From positions 248,001-312,000 of IMG/VR virus record IMGVR_UViG_3300030102_006934: a stretch of 64,000 nucleotides of DNA, one strand, 5' to 3'. The notes under the pieces were generated by a model. It saw only the letters and a program-made list of their open reading frames with translations, was not told where the DNA came from and searched no databases. Both the position numbers and the translations under genes were made by a program. Below are positions 58,066 to 64,000 of this stretch, one piece after another (within the stretch, counting starts at the first letter, position 1; every line of letters begins with the position of its first letter).

Positions 58066-59274
58066 ATGTATAAAATAAAAAAAGGTCATCTAATCAATGA
58101 GATAATGGGGGTACCCCAACAACTAGAACCTTGGACGAACTCTTTTAGTGAGATAATAGTAGATGTTATAAAAAAAGAAATTGCTAAAGGTTGGCCTTAT
58201 TCTGGTGAAGTAATCTATATTAATGATGATGGTGATGAGATTACTGATATTGCTCATAAAACAGAGAATATAAACATAGGTGGTAAAGAGTTTATGAAAC
58301 TTTTAGCGAAAAACAAAGGTTTTTCTAATGAAAAAGAACTTTTAAAATCCAAAATGTTTAAAGATTTTCCACTATGGAGACCAGAAATAAGAGTAGAGGT
58401 AAAGGCGATACCCAAAGAACTTTACGAAAAAGAGAGAACAACAGTTCAAGCAGATTTTGGTATGGAAATGCAACAAGAGTTAAGTACTCTAGCTGGTCAA
58501 AAAGTATTACCTAAATCTAAATTTGGTTTTGATATAATAACTGCGTTAAAAGATGGTGGTGACTTTGATAGTAAATTGGTGGGTGAATTAAAATCAAGTA
58601 TAGCACACGAATTATTACACGCATATCAAAAATATAAACAACTACAGGCAGGCGGTAAATCACACTATGGTCGTGAAACGGTTTTAAACGCACTATCACA
58701 AAACCCAACACTAACCGATATAGAAATTAATTGGTGGAAATCATTTTTACATTTAATATATCTACACTTATCTTTTGAAATAAACGCTAGAGTCACTCAA
58801 CTATATCATGAAATGCTAGATAAAGGAGTCAAAACAAAAGAAGATTTTTTAAAAGAGTTAAAAAATTCTCAAGTATGGAACGAGATGAAAAATTTAGAAG
58901 AATTTAATGCTAAAGAATATATTGAAACTTTTAAAATACCGAAGTTAAATAATCTAAATGATATCACGGAAAACCCACTACTTTACTTATCTAAATTACA
59001 AAAATTAAAAAATATAAAAGATAGGGGGGTTGATATATTGGACAAGAATCAAACCCTAAAAGATTTAATTAATCTGTGGGACGATGTCTTACGTATAGGT
59101 AATAAACATGTTAAAAATACTACAGGTATAGACTTCAATATGTTACCAGTTCCAGAAAGTGCTAGAGAAAACCCATTTTTATTCTTTAAATTTTTCGAAA
59201 AAAGATTTCACAAAAAGGCAAAAAAATGGAAGAAAAAACTATATAGATTAGCTAGTTTATTGATTAAAGACTAG
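58066..59274 (+). CDS. Putative zincin metalloprotease (HExxH)
   Basis: SIAHELLHAYQ with downstream FEINARV; ATATTTATA at 58050. Confidence 0.6.
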   Translation: MYKIKKGHLINEIMGVPQQLEPWTNSFSEIIVDVIKKEIAKGWPYSGEVIYINDDGDEITDIAHKTENINIGGKEFMKLLAKNKGFSNEKELLKSKMFKDFPLWRPEIRVEVKAIPKELYEKERTTVQADFGMEMQQELSTLAGQKVLPKSKFGFDIITALKDGGDFDSKLVGELKSSIAHELLHAYQKYKQLQAGGKSHYGRETVLNALSQNPTLTDIEINWWKSFLHLIYLHLSFEINARVTQLYHEMLDKGVKTKEDFLKELKNSQVWNEMKNLEEFNAKEYIETFKIPKLNNLNDITENPLLYLSKLQKLKNIKDRGVDILDKNQTLKDLINLWDDVLRIGNKHVKNTTGIDFNMLPVPESARENPFLFFKFFEKRFHKKAKKWKKKLYRLASLLIKD

Positions 59275-59333
59275 TTTAGTTGTTTACATTTAAAATAAAT
59301 AATACTAAGTTTATAAAAAAATAAATATATATT

Positions 59334-59756
59334 ATGAGCAAAATTGAAAACGGAAAAACTGTTAAAGTACATTATACTGGTAAATTCGATGACCAAAATG
59401 TATTTGACTCTTCTCTAGAGAGAGAACCATTAGAAGTAACTTTGGGTAAAGGTCAGTTAATACCTGGGTTCGAAAAAGGGTTAGTTGGGTTATCTGAAGG
59501 TGATAAGAAAACTATTGAAATACAAGCTTCTGAAGCTTACGGTGAATTAAGAGAAGACTTAATTCAAGAAGTAGGCATAACTCAACTACCAGAAAATGTA
59601 CAGGTAGGTGACAGATTACAAGCACAAGCTGAAAACGGAAACCCAATCCCAGTAGTAGTTACTGAAATCAATGGGAGTAAGGCAAAAGTAGATGCTAATC
59701 ATCCATTAGCTGGTAAAAATTTAATTTTCGATGTCGAGGTACTTGAGGTAGTTTAA
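59334..59756 (+). CDS. FKBP-type peptidyl-prolyl isomerase (SlyD/FkpB-like, no His tail)
   Basis: VKVHYTG..VFDSS..PLEVTLG.GQLIPGFE..L, AYGE, VDANHPLAGKNL.FDVEV. Confidence 0.92.
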   Translation: MSKIENGKTVKVHYTGKFDDQNVFDSSLEREPLEVTLGKGQLIPGFEKGLVGLSEGDKKTIEIQASEAYGELREDLIQEVGITQLPENVQVGDRLQAQAENGNPIPVVVTEINGSKAKVDANHPLAGKNLIFDVEVLEVV

Positions 59757-59785
59757 CATTAGGTGTTAAAAAAACATAAAAATTT

Positions 59786-59815
59786 AATCCGATATTTTTT
59801 ATATCGGATTTTTTT
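59786..59815 (+). terminator. Rho-independent terminator
   Basis: AATCCGATAT-TTTTT-ATATCGGATT followed by a T run. Confidence 0.85.
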
Positions 59816-59852
59816 ATATATATTTGTTTTTTAAAAATCAAAAACTAAAAAG

Positions 59853-59883
59853 TTGACTAATTAAAATAAATTTTTTATGTTTG
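59853..59883 (+). promoter_or_regulatory. Promoter TTGACT-17-TATGTTTG
   Basis: Shares TTGACTAATTAAAA with the 60462 promoter; Bacteroidota -7 element. Confidence 0.7.
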
Positions 59884-59903
59884 AAGAAAAAAAAGAATAT
59901 ATT

Positions 59904-60068
59904 ATGAAATTTTTAGAAAAATACTACCCAGTGATATTGGCTTTCGTGAGCTTTTTATTTTCTGTAACTCTATGGTTTAAGGGTTATAAAGATGAGGGAA
60001 TGTTTGTTGGGATATGGGTACCCTCAATACTAGGATTAGGTAATTTCTTTAACACAGTCAAGAAATGA
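59904..60068 (+). CDS. Small two-TM membrane protein
   Basis: Start moved to ATG 59904; GMFVGIWVPSIL segment. Confidence 0.65.
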   Translation: MKFLEKYYPVILAFVSFLFSVTLWFKGYKDEGMFVGIWVPSILGLGNFFNTVKK

Positions 60069-60253
60069 TGGAGTATTATATCTTTGGTATTGGTTTACTT
60101 ATTTTTATGACTTATATGTTTTTCTTAGTTAGGATGATAAATATAACACATAAACAACAAGAAAAAGAAGATGGACCTAATGATAATAAAACAACAAAAC
60201 AACTTGTGGATAAGATATTAAAAACTTGGTCTGAAAATAAAATAAATGAGTGA
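60065..60253 (+). CDS. Small single-TM protein
   Basis: YIFGIGLLIFMTYMFFL. Confidence 0.6.
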   Translation: MMEYYIFGIGLLIFMTYMFFLVRMINITHKQQEKEDGPNDNKTTKQLVDKILKTWSENKINE

Positions 60254-60465
60254 TGATAGGTTTAATATTTATAGTAGGTTGTCTTATATCTTCATTGTAT
60301 GTAACATTTTTTTTATTTGAAAATCGTGTAGATGAAAAAAATGGGAACAATATTAAAATAGACGATGCTATGGATTATGATGGCCATGGTAATTGGGGTA
60401 GATTTCCACCTAAAAAGATTAAGATTAAAGAGGGTGGTGTAAAAAAAATAAATAAAAACTATTGA
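60250..60465 (+). CDS. Small single-TM protein
   Basis: LIFIVGCLISSLYVTFFLF..DYDGHGNWGRF. Confidence 0.6.
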   Translation: MMIGLIFIVGCLISSLYVTFFLFENRVDEKNGNNIKIDDAMDYDGHGNWGRFPPKKIKIKEGGVKKINKNY

Positions 60466-60492
60466 CTAATTAAAAAACATTACTTATATTTG
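60462..60492 (+). promoter_or_regulatory. Promoter TTGACT-17-TATATTTG driving the DUF2828 unit
   Basis: Exact 17-nt spacing; -7 element ends 22 nt upstream of ATG 60515. Confidence 0.7.
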
Positions 60493-60514
60493 TATAATTA
60501 AAAATTTGGAAACT

Positions 60515-61933
60515 ATGTCAAAATTAATGGAAGCTTTACAAAGAGAGAACACAACTACTACTAATGGTATGACCACAAGTTCATCATCATTAAATAATTG
60601 TGTTAACTTGTTTTTCTCCATCGGAGCGATGAGAGGGAAGAACAAAAATAGGGTAATTTCTATTTTTTCCAAAGCTTTCAATGAAGATGCTAGAACTGCG
60701 ATGAGAATTTTATTCTGGTCTAGAGATGTTAGGTTTGGAGCAGGTGAAAGACAAATCTTTAGAGATGTGTTATCTTACCTAGTAGAGAACCATACTGAAG
60801 TGGTTAAAGCTAATCTTGACTTAATTCCAGAGTACGGAAGATGGGATGATGTTCATGGACTAATCGGAACCGATTTAGAAAATGAAGCTATCTCACTTCT
60901 TGTATATGGTTTAAAAGAAGCTAACGGTTTAACAGCTAAATGGATGCCTCGTAAAGGTTTAGTATTTAATAAAGTACGAAAACATTTAAAAGTCACCCCA
61001 AAAGAGTTGAGAAAACTAATAGTTTCACTATCAAACACAGTTGAACAAAAAATGTGTTCAGGTAAGTGGGGAGAAATCGAATACCATAAATCACCATCAT
61101 TAGCTATGTCTAGATATAGTAAAGCTTTTGGTAGGAATGATTATGATAGATTCACTGAATTTATACAAAATCTAAAAAAGGGTAAAACCACAGTTAACGC
61201 TGGAGCTTTATACCCTTATGATATAACTAAAAATGTGTCTTATGGGGACGCTGATTTAGCTAGTGAACAATGGAAAGCTTTACCTAATTGGATGGAGGGT
61301 TCAGATGAACTAATCCTACCTATGGTTGATGTTTCTGGTTCTATGGGTTGTTCCGCAGGTAACAATAAAAATTTATCTTGTATGGACGTAGCTGTATCAT
61401 TAGGTTTATATATTTCAGAAAGAAACGAGGGAGCTTTTAAGGATATGTTTATGACATTTTCTTCAACACCCAAAGTTCAAACTTTATTGGGTTCATTGAA
61501 AGATAGAATGTTACAATTAAGTAGAGCTGAGTGGGGGTTCAGTACCAACATCGAAGCTGCTTTTCAAACCATCTTAGACCAAGCTGTTAAATTTAATATA
61601 CCACAAAATGAAATGCCAACCAAGGTATTAATTTTATCGGATATGGAATTTGATTCAGCGGTTAAAGGTAAAGAAATTAACCCTAGTGTTATGACTATGA
61701 TTGATGAAATGTATACCGAAGCTGGTTATACCAGACCTGGTATTATATTTTGGAATATTAATAGTCATGGGGATAACTTCCCAGCTAAGTTTGATGAAAT
61801 GGGTACCGCTTTAATTAGTGGTTTTAGCCCAAGTATAATGAAGTCAGTGATTTCAAATCCTAATAGTTTAACACCTATTAATATTATGAATGAAACTGTT
61901 AATTCAGAAAGATACGAATCGGTAACGATTTAA
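60515..61933 (+). CDS. DUF2828-family Ro60/TROVE-like protein with C-terminal vWA domain
   Basis: TTNGM, LFWSRDVRFGAGER..F, IPEYGRWDD, AKWMPR, VNAGALYPYD, vWA MIDAS VDVSGSM, ILSDMEFD, IIFWN, SGFSP. Confidence 0.82.
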   Translation: MSKLMEALQRENTTTTNGMTTSSSSLNNCVNLFFSIGAMRGKNKNRVISIFSKAFNEDARTAMRILFWSRDVRFGAGERQIFRDVLSYLVENHTEVVKANLDLIPEYGRWDDVHGLIGTDLENEAISLLVYGLKEANGLTAKWMPRKGLVFNKVRKHLKVTPKELRKLIVSLSNTVEQKMCSGKWGEIEYHKSPSLAMSRYSKAFGRNDYDRFTEFIQNLKKGKTTVNAGALYPYDITKNVSYGDADLASEQWKALPNWMEGSDELILPMVDVSGSMGCSAGNNKNLSCMDVAVSLGLYISERNEGAFKDMFMTFSSTPKVQTLLGSLKDRMLQLSRAEWGFSTNIEAAFQTILDQAVKFNIPQNEMPTKVLILSDMEFDSAVKGKEINPSVMTMIDEMYTEAGYTRPGIIFWNINSHGDNFPAKFDEMGTALISGFSPSIMKSVISNPNSLTPINIMNETVNSERYESVTI

Positions 61934-61945
61934 GTTCTTTGACAT

Positions 61946-62086
61946 AAAGTATTGTGGTATTAAGGAATAATTGCAGCAATTATCTTTAAACGATCAAATA
62001 GAGAAAAGGCTTTGATAACCTTAAAGGTGGTGATTTATGTCACTACCATATAAAAGAGTCAAACGATTCTGTTACCACAAAACTTT
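61946..62086 (+). ncRNA. Candidate structured ncRNA module 1 (DUF2828-associated)
   Basis: Ends pair: AAAGT/ACTTT, TTGTGGTA/TACCACAA, GGAAT/ATTCT. Internal hairpins AAGG/CCTT and GGTGGTGAT/GTCACTACC. Confidence 0.6.
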
Positions 62087-62088
62087 TA

Positions 62089-62352
62089 GATATAAAACGA
62101 ATGGATTCTGCAACCTATAACTTCAAAAATAGAAACGTAGAATAGAGGTTTTATCCCACCTTTACCCAAAATTTATAAAGGGGGTGACCATAGGTAAGTT
62201 TAAACGTAGGACAATCCTACACTTGAGGTCGTAAAACATACCTCTTGGATTTGTCTCAAGTAAAATAAAGACATTCAGTGGGGCTGAATTAAAAATCTAC
62301 CGTATCTACAGTGGTTACGTGAAAAATAAAAACTGAACACCATTCCGATATC
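62089..62352 (+). ncRNA. Candidate structured ncRNA module 2 (DUF2828-associated)
   Basis: Ends pair: GATAT/ATATC, GAATGG/CCATTC. Internal helices ACCTAT/ATAGGT, CCTTTA/TAAAGG, GTAGGA/TCCTAC, ACTTGAG/CTCAAGT, ATTCAG/CTGAAT, CGTA/TACG. Confidence 0.6.
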
Positions 62353-62360
62353 AAAAAACT

Positions 62361-62392
62361 AGGGGGGGAAATTATTTTCCCCCTTTTTTTTT
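62361..62392 (+). terminator. Rho-independent terminator closing the DUF2828 + ncRNA unit
   Basis: AGGGGGGGAA-ATTATT-TTCCCCC followed by a long T run. Confidence 0.88.
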
Positions 62393-62447
62393 ATAAAGCT
62401 TTTTTTATTTTTAAAAAATAACTATAATTATTTAAAATGTTATAACA

Positions 62448-63230
62448 ATGAAATATTTTTTCGACATAAAAGAGATAGATAAAAATTTAGCAATAGATTT
62501 TATACAAGAAAGACACTACTCTAAAGTACTACCTAGATTGACTAAACACTGGTTGGGTTGTTTTTACGATGGTGAACTAGTGGGTGTTTTAACTTTAGGT
62601 TGGGGTACACAGCCTTTACAGACAATAAAAAAATTATTCCCTAAGTTGGTATCACAAGATTATTATGAAATCGGTAAAATGTGTATGGATGATAAAATGC
62701 CTAGGAACTCAGAGTCTCAAATGATATCTTCAGTTGTCAGATGGATTAAAATTAATCTACCAGAAAAAAAATTTTTATACACATGGGCTGATGGTATTGT
62801 AGGTAAAGTGGGTTACGTTTATCAAGCTTCAAATTTCATATATGGTGGTTTTATATGGACAGATATCTATATATCTCCGAAAGGTGAAAAAATACACCCT
62901 AGAAGTTCTAAGTCACTACTAAAAGAAAATGCTGATTTTTTGGGTAAAGATAAGTTATTTTGGATGACCCCAGATTTTATGAAAACAAAGGGTATTAGAA
63001 GGATAAGGGGTAAACAATTTAGGTATATTATACCCCTAAGTAAAAGTTCTAAAAAAATATTAAAAAATGGGTCCACTGTCACTTGGGGTATAGAATACCC
63101 TAAAGCTAAAGATCTATTATGGAAAGAACAAGTTGCTAAAGGTAAATATGATACACTAAAAGAGATACCACAAATGAATTTAAGTGTTGTAGAGATTAAT
63201 GAAAAAAATGTGAACGCACATAAGAATTAA
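62448..63230 (+). CDS. Mom-like GNAT-fold DNA modification protein (paralog 1)
   Basis: FIQERHYS, GELVGVLTLG, YEIGKMCM..PRNSESQMIS, YTWADG..G.VYQASNFIYGG. Confidence 0.75.
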   Translation: MKYFFDIKEIDKNLAIDFIQERHYSKVLPRLTKHWLGCFYDGELVGVLTLGWGTQPLQTIKKLFPKLVSQDYYEIGKMCMDDKMPRNSESQMISSVVRWIKINLPEKKFLYTWADGIVGKVGYVYQASNFIYGGFIWTDIYISPKGEKIHPRSSKSLLKENADFLGKDKLFWMTPDFMKTKGIRRIRGKQFRYIIPLSKSSKKILKNGSTVTWGIEYPKAKDLLWKEQVAKGKYDTLKEIPQMNLSVVEINEKNVNAHKN

Positions 63231-63264
63231 ACACTTTTTTTGATACTTATTAATAAAGTGTCAC

Positions 63265-63444
63265 ATGTCAACAATAGAAGATATTCTATACAAAGCTCAA
63301 GAACTTAATCTGAGAGATGAGTTATTCAGAAATTTAAAGAAAATAAAAAATAAAGATGAATATAAATATTTAGATTTAAAGTCTTTATATGAAATAGCCT
63401 TTAATGATTTAGTTTGTGATTTTTCTGAAATTAAAAACACTTAA
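63265..63444 (+). CDS. 59-aa hypothetical protein (not in the ORF track)
   Basis: MSTIEDILYKAQELNLRDELF...; GATACTTATT late-motif variant upstream. Confidence 0.6.
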   Translation: MSTIEDILYKAQELNLRDELFRNLKKIKNKDEYKYLDLKSLYEIAFNDLVCDFSEIKNT

Positions 63445-63504
63445 TTATTTTTTATTTAAATTAATTTTATTATATTTGTGTTATTAAATGTAAAACACAA
63501 AAAA

Positions 63505-64000
63505 ATGAAATACGATTTAATACAAAAATTTATCAACAGAGAGGTCAAAGCTAAAAGTATTTTTACCATCAAAAAGATAAATAAGAGTGAAGCTTATGAC
63601 TTTATTAAAAAGTATCATTATTTAGGTGACGCAAAATTTTTCTCTAAATTTGCGTATGGTTTATTTAGTAGAGAGGATGATGGTCTTATTGGGGTCACCA
63701 CTTTTTCTAACCCACAAGGAGCCACAACTATGAAAGGTTGGTTTAACCTAACTAACCAAGATCAATCTGTTTTGGAACTAAGTAGATTGTGTGTTATACC
63801 AGAACTAAATGGGACTAACGCCACATCTTTCTTATTGGGTAATAGTATTAAGATGTTGAAGAAAGAAGGTATAAGATCAGTAATAACTTTAGCTGATAAT
63901 TCTAGACATAGTGGCAGTATCTACCAAGTTTGTAACTTCACTTATTTTGGTTTATCTAATAAAAAGAGTGATTTTTTCTTATACAAAGGTGATGGTACCT
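63505..64000 (+). CDS. Mom-like GNAT-fold DNA modification protein (paralog 2), 3'-truncated
   Basis: Open frame from ATG 63505 to the window end: FIKKYHYLG, LIGVTTFSNP, VLELSRLCV..N..SFLLG, VITLADNSRHSGSIYQVCNFTYFG; TATATTTG at 63471. Confidence 0.8.
   Translation, partial: MKYDLIQKFINREVKAKSIFTIKKINKSEAYDFIKKYHYLGDAKFFSKFAYGLFSREDDGLIGVTTFSNPQGATTMKGWFNLTNQDQSVLELSRLCVIPELNGTNATSFLLGNSIKMLKKEGIRSVITLADNSRHSGSIYQVCNFTYFGLSNKKSDFFLYKGDGT

Noticed and set aside
59877-59903. ORF-track starts at 1480, 5652, 43119, 51033, 55020, 59877 and 60506
   Set aside because: They overlap promoter elements or upstream genes. Downstream ATGs with A-rich leaders (1498, 5694, 43143, 51063, 55077, 59904, 60515) fit better.
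62037-62120. 27-codon ORF (MSLPYKRVKRF...) inside the candidate ncRNA tract
   Set aside because: Its ATG is buried in a hairpin, it straddles both structural modules, and it lacks the A-rich leader seen at real starts.
61946-62352. Canonical Y RNA/YrlA or tRNA-like identity for the two modules
   Set aside because: No GGUCCGA/UUGACC Ro-binding helix and no T-loop consensus, so they are reported only as analogous candidates.
38-63082. Many minus-strand and nested ORFs in the track (e.g. 2737..3132, 7524..7742, 44654..45016, 49120..49593, 50461..51114)
   Set aside because: They are antisense or out-of-frame shadows of well-supported genes, with Ser/Phe/Leu-rich composition and no promoters or motifs.
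1-64000. Stop-codon reassignment as in some jumbo phages
   Set aside because: Conserved enzymes are full length in code 11, and genes ending in TAG or TGA abut the next gene normally.
1-64000. tRNA genes, CRISPR arrays, introns/inteins
   Set aside because: No TTCGAAT-type T-arm in a cloverleaf context and no regular repeat-spacer array were seen by eye. RNR, helicase, RecA and primase have normal lengths. A tRNAscan-SE/Infernal run would be needed to exclude divergent cases.

Overview
This window is part of a very AT-rich (roughly 30% GC by eye), densely coding, mostly + strand jumbo myophage genome in the standard genetic code. The host is probably Bacteroidota (Flavobacteria-like). Support for that: TAnnTTTG -7 promoters, no Shine-Dalgarno sites, a Bacteroidota-type primary sigma factor, and DUF2452- and Hc1-like genes. 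Order of content: (1) 3' part of a tail lysin (phage lysozyme plus M15 peptidase); (2) a T4-like replication/recombination block (gp32-type SSB, RecA/UvsX, 5'-3' exonuclease, DnaB helicase, class II RNR); (3) a 21 kb baseplate/tail operon (gp25, gp6, gp7-like, Cys-rich proteins, tail-collar-like paralogs); (4) RuvC, primase, a PD-(D/E)XK nuclease, a DUF4338/DruA-like protein and a split SbcD/SbcC pair; (5) sigma70, a putative lysis cassette, a cluster of putative head-interior proteins, an amidase endolysin, an Hc1 histone-like protein, DnaJ, a zincin and an FKBP PPIase; (6) a DUF2828 (Ro60/TROVE-vWA-like) gene and two Mom-like GNAT genes. The best candidate for an undescribed system is the ~430-nt non-coding tract between the DUF2828 stop codon and its terminator. 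It folds into two tandem end-paired RNA modules that share an identically spaced motif (AA[GC]GAAT-N5-C[AT]GCAA ... ATTC[TC]G), consistent with a Y-RNA-analogous ribonucleoprotein. All family assignments come from recognising motifs by eye; no database searches or folding programs were run.
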